Virus record (IMG/VR): IMGVR_UViG_3300032285_003957
Coordinates: 64,001-128,000 of that record
DNA from: a virus
Lineage: Duplodnaviria; Caudoviricetes
Direction: 5' to 3' (one strand)
DNA: 64,000 bases
Below are positions 43,243 through 53,307 of this stretch, piece after piece (the first letter of the stretch is position 1; the number at the start of each line of letters is the position of its first letter). The position numbers were made by a program, and so were the translations under genes. The notes under the pieces were generated by a model, which had not been told where the DNA came from, made no database searches, and worked only from the letters and a program-made list of their open reading frames with translations.

Positions 43243-43944
43243 TTATTCTAAAAACCCACCTAAAATCCCGTCATACATTTTTTTGTATCTTTTCAGTGAA
43301 ATACGGATTTCTTTTGTTGAGAGCGATGTCATTTCCCTGAGGGATAATAGAATTAGATTTTTGTTGAATTTATTGCCATCACCTACTTGGAAAATTTTGT
43401 CAAAATTGCTAAAAATCTCCAATAGGGCGTAACCCAATTTTTGTTCATTATCTGACATATCTTCCTTTTCGATGAATTCTTCTAAGGATATGGTTAACTT
43501 AATAATTACATCTCTATAATCAATAATATGTTCATCAATCACATATGTTAAGTCGGGCCTACCTTCTTCAATATCGGATGAAATGTCATCGTAAGATATT
43601 TGTCTATTTTGTTCTTTGGTGTCCTTTTGAATGGCACCCATTAAGTAGTTTTTACAAATAGTTCCAAAATATGAATACGCTTTGGTATTCTTAGTGTGGT
43701 CAAATTTGTTAATTTTGGTGATTAGAAAAGACATCGTATCATTATGTATTTCGTCAAATTCTAAATCTTTCCTATATAATTTATAACGTCGAATAATTGA
43801 TTCAACCATTATAATTAGGGGTTCACGTAAATATTCATTGAATATCTTATTTCTTTCTGCCTCATCACTACTTTCTAAGTAATTGACTACCGCCTTCTCT
43901 TGATCCTCCCCAAAATAAATTTTTTGGGTTCGTTTTCTCGGCAT
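43243..43944 (-). CDS. Phage sigma-factor-like protein (T4 gp55-like, tentative)
   Basis: MVESIIRRY...FLITKINKFDHTKNTKAYSYFGTICKNYL resembles sigma region 2. Confidence 0.6.
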   Translation of the reverse strand: MPRKRTQKIYFGEDQEKAVVNYLESSDEAERNKIFNEYLREPLIIMVESIIRRYKLYRKDLEFDEIHNDTMSFLITKINKFDHTKNTKAYSYFGTICKNYLMGAIQKDTKEQNRQISYDDISSDIEEGRPDLTYVIDEHIIDYRDVIIKLTISLEEFIEKEDMSDNEQKLGYALLEIFSNFDKIFQVGDGNKFNKNLILLSLREMTSLSTKEIRISLKRYKKMYDGILGGFLE

Positions 43945-44735
43945 TAAGCTTCGGTATAATTTACATCGCGTTTATTTTTGAAGAAGAATTCTTTTTTAGC
44001 TGCGTCTAACCAAAACTTAACTTCTTTTTCATTCAATTTAAGTGTATCATCGTTTTTGTATAACCAAAATAACGAATCCTCTCTCATATTAAGGTGTGTA
44101 TAACCAATCTTAGGGATTGACATTATTTTAACATTGTTATTAGTTAATCTTAATAAGAATTCATAACTAAATGTCAATTTGATATTTTCTTTAAATTTAC
44201 CTTGCTCTTTAATAACGCTTGTTCTATAAATTCCGCCACTTGTTTGGTAGTTTTGGAAATCTAATAAAGCTTCATTATCTAAAAATCCTTGAACATCTGT
44301 AAATCCGTAAGCCCATACAGATTCATTAATATAACCGATAAATTTACCGTCTGTATTAACGTCTTTTACAATTGGTAAGAACACATCAACATCAGGATTT
44401 TCTTTTGAATAATCGTTAAATAATTTTAACCATTGTGAATTATATGTGTCATCAATTTCTAAAATTGAAAACCATTCAGTTTCACATGATTCAATACCAA
44501 TATTTAATTGATTACAAAAATCCGTTGGTTCGTTGTGAACTTTAAAATCAATGTTTAATGTTTGACTCAATGTCATTTTACTTACCTCATCTTTTACATT
44601 AGATGGACAAACGATTAAAAGATTTACATCGTTATGAAAGCTTTCAATAGAGCCAACTGCTTTTAACAATAACTCTTTATAAGTTTCATCAATTTTATGA
44701 ATAGGTAAAATAATTGTGATTAATTGTTGTTTCAT
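43944..44735 (-). CDS. Glycosyltransferase family 2
   Basis: ITIILPIH, EIDD DxD-like motif, YEFLLRL. Confidence 0.75.
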   Translation of the reverse strand: MKQQLITIILPIHKIDETYKELLLKAVGSIESFHNDVNLLIVCPSNVKDEVSKMTLSQTLNIDFKVHNEPTDFCNQLNIGIESCETEWFSILEIDDTYNSQWLKLFNDYSKENPDVDVFLPIVKDVNTDGKFIGYINESVWAYGFTDVQGFLDNEALLDFQNYQTSGGIYRTSVIKEQGKFKENIKLTFSYEFLLRLTNNNVKIMSIPKIGYTHLNMREDSLFWLYKNDDTLKLNEKEVKFWLDAAKKEFFFKNKRDVNYTEA

Positions 44736-45808
44736 ACAGTTTCTTCTTCTTTTTCTTCTTTTAAATTTTCTATCGCTTTATTGATAGCTTCAATTCGTTT
44801 ATTTTTTATCGATGTGAATAAGGAAATAATATTTTCTTCCGTTATTTTTGTTTCATAAGGTAATAACGTGTCTTTCATTTTTTGTTTAACGTCGTCAGTT
44901 AATTCAATACCTTCTAACCACGCTAAAACATAAGTTCCTAATGTTTCAGTAATTTTTGTTACGTCATAAGTCCACATACCATTTTCACCCATCCAATCAG
45001 GTTCGGTATTAGGAACTTTACCAATGACAGGAACATTACATTTCATTGATTCTAAAGGATATGTTCCAAATGTTGATTCATCATCAACCCAAACCGAAAC
45101 CATACATTCATTTAAATTTGTTGCAAAATCTTCATAACTTGTTTGAACCATGTCTCTAAAAGTAATCCAACGTAATTGTGGGTATTTCAAATAGAATTCT
45201 GAAATGATTCTTTTATTAACATTTCTATCTCTACAATTAATTGCAATCAATGGTTTTGTTTGTTTGTCAGTAGGCTTGAAATGGTCACCAATAATAGGTG
45301 GGATAATAAACACTAAAGACTCAGGGAAAATATCTAATATATATTTTTTAGCTGCTTCAGTTGTTGTAATAACTCTATCAAATCCATAATCACTCCATCT
45401 ACTTCCAATTGGTAACGTTTCAAAAATGTAATCTTTTTGTTGAACTAACATAATTTTTGAACATCTAATGTTCGCTAATTGTTGTAACGCGTTTGAATAG
45501 TGTTCAGGAACAACTAAAACATCATCAATTTTTAATTCAACTTTATCGTCTTTTATTGAAACAACTTCAAGGTCATCATAAGTGTTACCTAACCATCCGC
45601 TAACACCTGTGTAGCTGTTATTTTCTACAAGTATTTTAGCAATAAAGCCATTCTTTTTTAATGTTAAGGCTAAATCATAAATGTGCTTGATGGATGCTCT
45701 TGGGTTATTTTTGCTATCATATGTTAAGAAATAGACAATACTTTCATTTGTATTTAATCTTTCTAATGACGCTTTTAATTTTTCAATGTTTTCTTCTATT
45801 TTATTCAT
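44732..45808 (-). CDS. GT-B-fold glycosyltransferase
   Basis: ESTFGTYPLESMKCNVPVIG (E-x7-E motif). Confidence 0.72.
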   Translation of the reverse strand: MNKIEENIEKLKASLERLNTNESIVYFLTYDSKNNPRASIKHIYDLALTLKKNGFIAKILVENNSYTGVSGWLGNTYDDLEVVSIKDDKVELKIDDVLVVPEHYSNALQQLANIRCSKIMLVQQKDYIFETLPIGSRWSDYGFDRVITTTEAAKKYILDIFPESLVFIIPPIIGDHFKPTDKQTKPLIAINCRDRNVNKRIISEFYLKYPQLRWITFRDMVQTSYEDFATNLNECMVSVWVDDESTFGTYPLESMKCNVPVIGKVPNTEPDWMGENGMWTYDVTKITETLGTYVLAWLEGIELTDDVKQKMKDTLLPYETKITEENIISLFTSIKNKRIEAINKAIENLKEEKEEETV

Positions 45809-46082
45809 ATTCTTCAATTAATATTTCATTTTTTATAAGTGTATTGAACGCCAAGTTAAATGCGATTGAGGTTTGTTTAGCGGCGAATGCTCCCATTTCA
45901 TTATCGACATCTTGTATTTCAGATAAGACAGTTTCTAAACACATTTTAATAACTTCATATTTAAAAATGTTCACTTCTAAAGTGTCTTGATCATCTTCGT
46001 CCTTTATTGTTTTTCCTGTTCTACATCTGTCTGTGATTCCGTCAAGGTCAATGTAGTAGTATTTTCCAAAGATTTCAACCAT
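45801..46082 (-). CDS. Hypothetical protein
   Basis: ORF track. Confidence 0.65.
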   Translation of the reverse strand: MVEIFGKYYYIDLDGITDRCRTGKTIKDEDDQDTLEVNIFKYEVIKMCLETVLSEIQDVDNEMGAFAAKQTSIAFNLAFNTLIKNEILIEEYE

Positions 46083-46651
46083 GGTTCTTGTATTTCAGTT
46101 AATTTAGATATTTCTTTAGTATTTGTAAAGTATTGATTATAAATGTTATTAAATTTATACACGGTTTTATTTTCAGGACATGCGTTAATAATTTTTTCAT
46201 TGTCCGTAATCCAAACATCACAATTGTTCCAATTGGATTCAATATCGAATGAGTTGATAAATTTAATATTACTTCCTAAAAATCCATTTTTTGATAAAAA
46301 GAATAATGTTGCAGGCTTTGCTTTACCTAATTCATCTAAACCAACTAATGTAAAGTTGTGTTCGGGGTTTTGAAATATTATTTTATGTAAATCGGATATT
46401 GCTGTATTGTAACTTAAACCCGCGTGACCAAATATCTCTATTGGATATTCAATAAATAAAAAAAACTCAAACTCTTCCGTTGATTGGAATTTGTATGAGT
46501 TTAATAAATTATTATTATGTATTGGTTCTGTTATACCATATTCAAAATTGTTATCAAGAATTTCTGCATCAATATATGCGTCCTTGTAATGATAATCAAA
46601 TTTTTGAATTAAATTTCTTAAGACTCCGTCTATACTTACAAATATTTCCAT
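46004..46651 (-). CDS. HAD-like 5'(3')-deoxyribonucleotidase family protein
   Basis: IFVSIDGVLRN, CDVWITDN; the first catalytic Asp appears replaced by Ser. Confidence 0.6.
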   Translation of the reverse strand: MEIFVSIDGVLRNLIQKFDYHYKDAYIDAEILDNNFEYGITEPIHNNNLLNSYKFQSTEEFEFFLFIEYPIEIFGHAGLSYNTAISDLHKIIFQNPEHNFTLVGLDELGKAKPATLFFLSKNGFLGSNIKFINSFDIESNWNNCDVWITDNEKIINACPENKTVYKFNNIYNQYFTNTKEISKLTEIQEPWLKSLENTTTLTLTESQTDVEQEKQ

Positions 46652-46688
46652 AGATGTAATATAACACGATTTATGTCAGAAGTAAATG

Positions 46689-47420
46689 CTAATCGTATCT
46701 TTGTAAAATCTCTCCGATGATTGGATTTCTAACAATATCTTGGTTACCAAATTCAAACACACCAATACCTTTTACACCTTCTAATCTTTTCTTAGCGTCG
46801 AATAAACCTGACTTTGTTTTGTCTTTAAATTTGTCCGATTGTTCAAGGTCACCTGATAAGAAAAATTTAGAATTAAATCCGATACGAGTTAACAATAATT
46901 TAATCTGAGCAGGGGAAGCATTTTGAGCTTCTTCAAAAACTAAGATAGTATTGTCAACATTCCAACCTCTCATATAAGCAAGTGCCGCAACTTCAATATA
47001 ACCTTGATCTTTTAAAGTTTCGCGAGCTTCTTTACCTATAATCTTATTTAAAAGATAATATGATGGATAAATGTATGGGTCTAACTTTTCTTCCAAACCA
47101 CCAGGTAATGAGCCAAGTTTTTCTTCAGCTTCTACAGCGGGTCTAACAATAATAATCTTCTCATACTTGTTAGAATCGTCGTATAATAAGTCTACAGCAC
47201 GTTTCATTGCTATATAAGACTTACCTACACCCGCAGGTCCAAAACATAAGGTAATTTGATTTTCACCAAGAATGTTCCAATAGGTTTCTTGGTTTTTGGT
47301 TAGGAATTTTTCTTTAGGACGTTTAATTATTTGTCTAATCCTATCTTTATGTGATATTTTCTTTTCTTCGGTGATGGTGATGGTTGGTTCTACTTTCTTT
47401 GTTTTTGTTCTTAAGGCCAA
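46689..47420 (-). CDS. phoH: PhoH-family ATPase
   Basis: GPAGVGKS, RPAVEAEEKLGSLPG, MRGW, EEAQN, GDLEQSD. Confidence 0.92.
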   Translation of the reverse strand: MALRTKTKKVEPTITITEEKKISHKDRIRQIIKRPKEKFLTKNQETYWNILGENQITLCFGPAGVGKSYIAMKRAVDLLYDDSNKYEKIIIVRPAVEAEEKLGSLPGGLEEKLDPYIYPSYYLLNKIIGKEARETLKDQGYIEVAALAYMRGWNVDNTILVFEEAQNASPAQIKLLLTRIGFNSKFFLSGDLEQSDKFKDKTKSGLFDAKKRLEGVKGIGVFEFGNQDIVRNPIIGEILQRYD

Positions 47421-47464
47421 AATTTTAAGTTTTAAAATTGAACTTTATTCCTTATAAATATGTG

Positions 47465-48106
47465 CTATTTCCCTGTTGAACCAAATCCACCTGACCCTCT
47501 TTCGGTATCGGATAATTCGGGAACTTCGGTCATATATATTTTTGGATAAGGCATGATTATGATTTGTGCGCCTCTGTCACCGACATTGTATTTAATACTA
47601 TCCAACCCATTGGTTTTTTTAAATGTTGCTTGTATTTCTCCTCTATACCCGCTATCAATAACCCCAACGCAATTTGATAAAATCAATTCTTGGTTTCTAA
47701 CTGATGAGCGAGGGAACACAAAACCTACGAAATTTTTAGGTATTTCCATTGAAATACCAAAACCATAGGTTACACTAAATGATGTGTTTTCAATAATGCT
47801 TGTAATAGTTAAATCCATTCCTGCATCACCAACTTTAGAATAAGATGGGATTACCGCATTAGGACTTATTTTTTTTACTTTAATAAGAAATCCATCATTA
47901 AAAACGTTAAGGTCATTATATGATGTTTGTTGTGGTTGTGATGTAGCTATATTTTGTGGCTGCGCATTACCCATTTTCTCGTTAACCAAAGCCATGATGT
48001 CATCAATCTCTTTTAAGAAATTTTGGTCAACTTCGACATCATTATTAATATCCTGTTCAATTTGTTTTAACTTTTCAACGTAAGCTAAAATATCTTTACT
48101 ATCCAT
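47465..48106 (-). CDS. dut: Trimeric dUTPase with N-terminal extension
   Basis: AGMDL, PRSS, GVIDSGYRGEI, RGSGGFGSTG. Confidence 0.93.
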   Translation of the reverse strand: MDSKDILAYVEKLKQIEQDINNDVEVDQNFLKEIDDIMALVNEKMGNAQPQNIATSQPQQTSYNDLNVFNDGFLIKVKKISPNAVIPSYSKVGDAGMDLTITSIIENTSFSVTYGFGISMEIPKNFVGFVFPRSSVRNQELILSNCVGVIDSGYRGEIQATFKKTNGLDSIKYNVGDRGAQIIIMPYPKIYMTEVPELSDTERGSGGFGSTGK

Positions 48107-48320
48107 TTGTTTTCTTTTTTTCTTCTATCCATTTATCCAACGACTTAATTCTTTTTTTAAGGTCGTCATCTTGCGGTCTTAAAACGCATTCGACAAATAA
48201 ATCCGTAATTCTTTGTAATTCTTCTACTGAAATAATAATACCAACTGACGTAACATAATCAAGAGCTAACTTGCTTTGAGATTGGCGCATTATTTGAATG
48301 TCTCGACTATAAAATTCCAT
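48099..48320 (-). CDS. Hypothetical protein
   Basis: ORF track. Confidence 0.65.
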   Translation of the reverse strand: MEFYSRDIQIMRQSQSKLALDYVTSVGIIISVEELQRITDLFVECVLRPQDDDLKKRIKSLDKWIEEKKKTNG

Positions 48321-48340
48321 CAGTTGGTATATACCAATAA

Positions 48341-48577
48341 TTACTTAGACTTATAATATTCGGGTGTATTTTTTTGGTCAATGACACACTCGATAGCCAT
48401 TTTAACAACACTTAAACTTTCGCTACCTCTAATATCACCTTCGCGATATTTTGCGGCCACAATTGTCGCTTCTTCTACTGATTCGGCTTGAATCACGTAT
48501 TTTACTTTTTTGATACGTGGGTTACCTTCTTTGTCCATTTGTTCGGTTTCATAACCGATTGTAACTTGATAATACAT
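48341..48577 (-). CDS. Small hypothetical protein (DUF4494-like, tentative)
   Basis: YVIQAESVEEA pattern. Confidence 0.55.
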   Translation of the reverse strand: MYYQVTIGYETEQMDKEGNPRIKKVKYVIQAESVEEATIVAAKYREGDIRGSESLSVVKMAIECVIDQKNTPEYYKSK

Positions 48578-48580
48578 AAT

Positions 48581-49810
48581 TTACTTGTTTATAATTGATT
48601 TAAAAAATTCTACTCTATCTTGACAAACTTTTTTTAATGAGTATTTGTCTTTAACCGTCTCATATAATCTCATACCTAAATCCTCAATCATATTAGGGTT
48701 TTCAATTAAACGTTTCATATGTTTTCCCCAATCTTTGTGGTTTCGTTTTGGGTTAACAAATAATGCGTTTCCTTTATCATTGAATTTACCTTCGTCAACA
48801 GCTGAAATTAAATCTAACGTATATGGTTTTGTTTCACTTGCAATAATAGCTTTTTTATGAAAGCCCGCCTCAATAATTTTTAATTGAGATTTATTTGCAT
48901 TAAACTCACTTTCAACAATAGGAGCTAAAGATACATCAAATAAATTGTAATTAAATGCGTATTTTGTAATTTCTTGTGTCCATACTCTTCTATATGGTTT
49001 ATCAATATCGTTGTATGGAATTTGTATGAAGTCTGTAAGATAATTTTTATAATCTTCGTCTAAAACTTTATAGTTATCGGTAAAAATTTTTTCATATTTA
49101 TACCAAACAGTTTCCATTGGTTCAATTGGTCTTTGTTTTTGTTGACCAGTGTTTCTATCGATTTCATGAACAGTTCCTCTTAAATCAAATCCACATAAAA
49201 CAAATTGAACTTTATCTTTGAAGCTGTTATGTGTTGTTGAAATTCCTTGTTCTAATAATTCGATATCATATAAATGTGATGAACCACCTAACCACCCAAA
49301 TCTAACTTTATCCGATTTTGTTGGTTGAGATTTAAATTGTTCTTCATCTTCGTTTACCGCATTTGGAAAAACTAAGATATTCTCTATTTTTAATTTTTGT
49401 TTAATCGTATCTGCAAATATTGGTGTAGTCGTTGTAACATAATCAGCCAATTTTAACATTTCAATTTTCTTCTCGCCGACTTTGTTATGTTTAATATGTT
49501 GATACATTGGATGTCTATGGTCAACAAACCATAAATCGTCAATATCCATAACAACTTTAATACCATTTTCTTTTAACCACTTTATTCTATTGATGTTATC
49601 TTCATGTGTGGTTATATGGATAAAACTATGTAAAACAACGATATCGTAATTTCTAAAAAATTCATCGTCATTTGGATCAACCTTAGTTGCTAAATCAACA
49701 TGTATTTCGTCTTGATGATTTTCACCTATAAACGTGTATGGGTCAGACATTCTAAATTTACCCACGCCGTGCTTGTCAGATGGTATTGCTAATATTCTAA
49801 TTTTTGACAT
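48581..49810 (-). CDS. GT-B glycosyltransferase
   Basis: DIDDLW, GWLGGSSH, NKSQLKIIEAG; start trimmed to MSKIRIL. Confidence 0.78.
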   Translation of the reverse strand: MSKIRILAIPSDKHGVGKFRMSDPYTFIGENHQDEIHVDLATKVDPNDDEFFRNYDIVVLHSFIHITTHEDNINRIKWLKENGIKVVMDIDDLWFVDHRHPMYQHIKHNKVGEKKIEMLKLADYVTTTTPIFADTIKQKLKIENILVFPNAVNEDEEQFKSQPTKSDKVRFGWLGGSSHLYDIELLEQGISTTHNSFKDKVQFVLCGFDLRGTVHEIDRNTGQQKQRPIEPMETVWYKYEKIFTDNYKVLDEDYKNYLTDFIQIPYNDIDKPYRRVWTQEITKYAFNYNLFDVSLAPIVESEFNANKSQLKIIEAGFHKKAIIASETKPYTLDLISAVDEGKFNDKGNALFVNPKRNHKDWGKHMKRLIENPNMIEDLGMRLYETVKDKYSLKKVCQDRVEFFKSIINK

Positions 49811-49863
49811 TAATAATTCATTATATGATAAAATATAACGAATTAAAATCAAAAAACAAAATG

Positions 49864-50454
49864 TTACTTAGATTTATTTACCCCTGTGATTTTACCTTTG
49901 AATATTGAATCACCAACTTTTAATACAAGGTTTTCGCTAATTGTTTGTGTTTGTTGTGCAGTAAGGATTTGATTTAATTTCTCATCCATAACTTTGCGAA
50001 CTGTATTTTCAATAAGGGTTGCAATTGCATTCATATCTATATTAGATGTAACCGGTGCTTGCTGTCTTTGTAATGGTTGTCCTTTTTTAACTTGAACACC
50101 TTCTTGCTCCATTAATCTTTTAGCACCTTTAACAAAATCCATATCTAATGTTTCGTTTAAAGAGATTGACGGCATTTGTTCAATGGGATGCTCAATCATT
50201 GCTTTTTTAATTGCTTCAGGTAATTTAGAATTTTGTATTCTATCAACATTTACAGGACCACTTACAGGTCGAGTCAAAGATGATTGTGGCGCTTGTTGCA
50301 TTCCCATAGCTTCGCTTGGGTCAGATAATAACATTGACTCATTTACTTGACCTCTTTGATAGTTACCACCATCCACTTTATTCATTACTTTTTTAGCATT
50401 TACTAATTTACGCATTAAATCGTTTTCTGATATTGTTCCTTGACCTTGTGACAT
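49864..50454 (-). CDS. Hypothetical protein
   Basis: ORF track. Confidence 0.7.
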   Translation of the reverse strand: MSQGQGTISENDLMRKLVNAKKVMNKVDGGNYQRGQVNESMLLSDPSEAMGMQQAPQSSLTRPVSGPVNVDRIQNSKLPEAIKKAMIEHPIEQMPSISLNETLDMDFVKGAKRLMEQEGVQVKKGQPLQRQQAPVTSNIDMNAIATLIENTVRKVMDEKLNQILTAQQTQTISENLVLKVGDSIFKGKITGVNKSK

Positions 50455-50484
50455 ATTATGTGTTTTCTATAATAATAATGTTTT

Positions 50485-51273
50485 TTAATAAAACATTAAA
50501 CGTTTTATTTTTAAAATTGATTCATTTAATTGATTACCATCTTCTTCTTCCTTTTCTGGTTCTTCAGGATTAACTGATGGCTTTTGTTCAGGTTTTGGTT
50601 GAGGTAAATTTTTATCAATTGGTCCAACAGGTTCAGCCGTAGGTTTTTCAGTTGGTGGAACTTGTATTGGTTCAGCAGTTGGCGGAACTTCAGCTGTTGG
50701 TTTAGCTTTAGTTGTTGGTGTTGGTAATTCTGCTGATGGAACTTCTGGTTTAACTTCAGGCTCAATTGCAGGTTTTTCTTTACTAACTTTAGTTGTCGGC
50801 TTAGTTGGTTCCACTTTTGGTTTAGCAACTTTCTTAGGTTTAACTTCTTGATTCCAATCAGTTTTAGCATATACAACTGACATGCTTTTATCACCGCTTT
50901 CATTATAACCTGGTCTTTTAACATCAAATGTTTCATCTGTAATTTGAACGTTATTTGTTCTTGATAGAATAAATGTCCTCCAATTAGTTTTACTAAATCC
51001 CTTTTTAGATGTTGAAGGTGGCTCAACCCAAGCTCTTAACACTAAGTTACCCTTTTTATTTAAACCCATCGCAACAGGTTCAACTTTAACTCTATAACCC
51101 GCTTTTACATTATTTTTTTTAGGTCTTCTTGGGCCCGTGTAATAAAATGTAATTTTCTTCCTATTTTTAATAGCATCATAGATAGGCTTATTGCGCGTTG
51201 TTTTCAATATATTTTTGTTATATTGTTCATCGCTCATTAGCTCAGTTAATAATATGTTAGATAATGATATCAT
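50485..51273 (-). CDS. WYL-domain-like protein with Pro/Lys-rich tail
   Basis: AIKNRKKITFYY...RVKVEPVAMG...LRAW...WRTFILSR. Confidence 0.68.
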   Translation of the reverse strand: MISLSNILLTELMSDEQYNKNILKTTRNKPIYDAIKNRKKITFYYTGPRRPKKNNVKAGYRVKVEPVAMGLNKKGNLVLRAWVEPPSTSKKGFSKTNWRTFILSRTNNVQITDETFDVKRPGYNESGDKSMSVVYAKTDWNQEVKPKKVAKPKVEPTKPTTKVSKEKPAIEPEVKPEVPSAELPTPTTKAKPTAEVPPTAEPIQVPPTEKPTAEPVGPIDKNLPQPKPEQKPSVNPEEPEKEEEDGNQLNESILKIKRLMFY

Positions 51274-51992
51274 TAAAAATCGGGGTATCTTTTTGTTTCA
51301 CCAAATTTATTTTTATTAATCAAATTGGTTCTTTTAGTAATATCAGTGATAGAACCAACTGTTCCCGTATCACCAATTTGTCCTTTACCAAATTCATCGC
51401 CATTTGAAAGTGCGTCAAGATTTGTAGATGAATATTGATTATCAATACCATATCTATTTCTTGCAATACTACTAATTCTTTGTTGAATGTCAGTTGCAGA
51501 CCCAACTGTTCCTGTATCACCAATTTGACCTTTACCAAATTCATCACCGTCAGACAAAGCGTCTTTGTTTATTGATGAGTATTGGTTTGTGTCTTTATAT
51601 CTATTTCTTGCTAAACTTTCATTTCTAACATTAATATCCGTTAAAGAACCGATTGTTCCTGTATCACCTTTTTGTCCTTTACCAAATTCATCACCATCAG
51701 ATATTGCGTCCTTATTACTAACACCATATCCATTATTTGGGTTGTATCTGTTTCTTGCAACAGAATCAATTCTTGTATTAATATCGGTTAAAGAACCGAC
51801 TTGGCCAAACTCATTTTGACCTTTACCAAATTCATCACCATCAGATATAGCATCTTTGTTTGCCACATCATATCCATTTCCTGTGCCGTATCTATTTCTT
51901 GCAATACTTTCATTTCTAACAACAACACTTGCTGCCTCTAATGGACTTGGTTTGTCAGGATTTGAACCGTATACTTCTGTAAATTGCGCCAT
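51273..51992 (-). CDS. Tandem-repeat protein (four units of 48-49 aa)
   Basis: ARNRY...NKDAISDGDEFGKGQ...GSLTDI repeated. Confidence 0.8.
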   Translation of the reverse strand: MAQFTEVYGSNPDKPSPLEAASVVVRNESIARNRYGTGNGYDVANKDAISDGDEFGKGQNEFGQVGSLTDINTRIDSVARNRYNPNNGYGVSNKDAISDGDEFGKGQKGDTGTIGSLTDINVRNESLARNRYKDTNQYSSINKDALSDGDEFGKGQIGDTGTVGSATDIQQRISSIARNRYGIDNQYSSTNLDALSNGDEFGKGQIGDTGTVGSITDITKRTNLINKNKFGETKRYPDF

Positions 51993-51993
51993 A

Positions 51994-52485
51994 TTATAAC
52001 ATTAATTTTTTTATTTTTTCAACTTCTTCAAATAATTTCATAGATGAAAGAGCTGATATTGACGTTTTATGTGAATTGCTTTTCATTAAATTAACAGGAA
52101 TAGCAAAGCTTTGTTTTTTGGTATGCCTTTTTAAATGACTATTTTTTCTGCTACCTTCTCCTGCAATATTGTCAGCTTGCATTTTAGAATCTTTACGATT
52201 ACTAACTAAATCTCTTTCACCTTTTAAAAATTGGTTAGCCCATTTTTCCATTAAATCGCCACCCACCAAATCATACTTTTGTCTTTCATTAATTTTATCC
52301 ATATTTTTTAAATCGTGGATAATTCTTTTTAATTGACCGTATTTTACTTTTTTATCGGTAAGAATTTTTTGAGCACGATGAGCTCCATCAACATAATTCC
52401 CGTTTAAACCAACCAAGGTATGATTGATTTTATCCAAGATATTTTGAGGAACATCAAAAATTCGGCTTTTTAATTCTTTATTCAT
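51994..52485 (-). CDS. Hypothetical protein
   Basis: ORF track. Confidence 0.7.
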   Translation of the reverse strand: MNKELKSRIFDVPQNILDKINHTLVGLNGNYVDGAHRAQKILTDKKVKYGQLKRIIHDLKNMDKINERQKYDLVGGDLMEKWANQFLKGERDLVSNRKDSKMQADNIAGEGSRKNSHLKRHTKKQSFAIPVNLMKSNSHKTSISALSSMKLFEEVEKIKKLML

Positions 52486-53254
52486 TATCGTCGTCTAATT
52501 TATCTTCCAAATAATCAATCACATCTTCAATTTCTAAACCGTGACTTTTTAAATTGTTTTTTAATGATGTTAGTTGTCTTTTAAGAATTTTGTCAATTTC
52601 TTTTTTTTCGTTCTCAACAGACTTTTTAACAATGTCACCGTCTTTATGCTTCTTTTTTGATAAAACGCTTTCAATATATTCTTCCATGAATTTTTTAGGT
52701 GTTTCAATCAATCTTACCTTATCGTCACCCGCTGGTTCATCAGGAATATAACCCATTGCTTCTAATCTTTCTATAGATTCTTCATGAGATAAACCTAAGT
52801 CTTTGGTAAAATGGTTGTAAGCTTGTTTAAAATTTTCATCTTTTTCCATGGTATTTTCGTAACCCAAAGACTTACTCATGTCAGCTTCAGCCCAATATCT
52901 TAAAGATGTGTGTGTTCCATGAACACCATGAATACCCATTGAACCTGCACCTGTTTTAACAACTTTATCGGTTGTTGAATTTGATGTAATCCCTTTAGTA
53001 TTAAAATCACGAGGTTTTTTACCACGAGCTATGTTACCGTTTTTATCAACAATTTCATCAACTTCTTTCTCTACACCATCCTCATCAACTTTATTAGGTA
53101 TTTTTTTGTAATCAGTTTTGTCTGAGAATTCCTTAGCCCACTTAGCCCATTTCTTACCTTTTTTTCCTCCTTTACCCGCTTGAGCATAAAAGAATCTTTG
53201 TTGTGCTTTGGACTTAAACGCTTCCTCAATTATGTTTTCAATAAATTTATCCAT
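52478..53254 (-). CDS. Hypothetical protein (AFKSKAQQRFFYA module)
   Basis: ORF track. Confidence 0.7.
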   Translation of the reverse strand: MDKFIENIIEEAFKSKAQQRFFYAQAGKGGKKGKKWAKWAKEFSDKTDYKKIPNKVDEDGVEKEVDEIVDKNGNIARGKKPRDFNTKGITSNSTTDKVVKTGAGSMGIHGVHGTHTSLRYWAEADMSKSLGYENTMEKDENFKQAYNHFTKDLGLSHEESIERLEAMGYIPDEPAGDDKVRLIETPKKFMEEYIESVLSKKKHKDGDIVKKSVENEKKEIDKILKRQLTSLKNNLKSHGLEIEDVIDYLEDKLDDDNE

Positions 53255-53307
53255 TAGATAGACTTTTTATATAAATATCAAACGATACGAAAGATATTTA
53301 TATAAAC

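Noticed and set aside
46004-46082. 79-nt same-strand overlap between the HAD-like gene and the next gene as a programmed frameshift
   Set aside because: No clear slippery site plus stimulator was seen; simple stop loss or tail extension explains it
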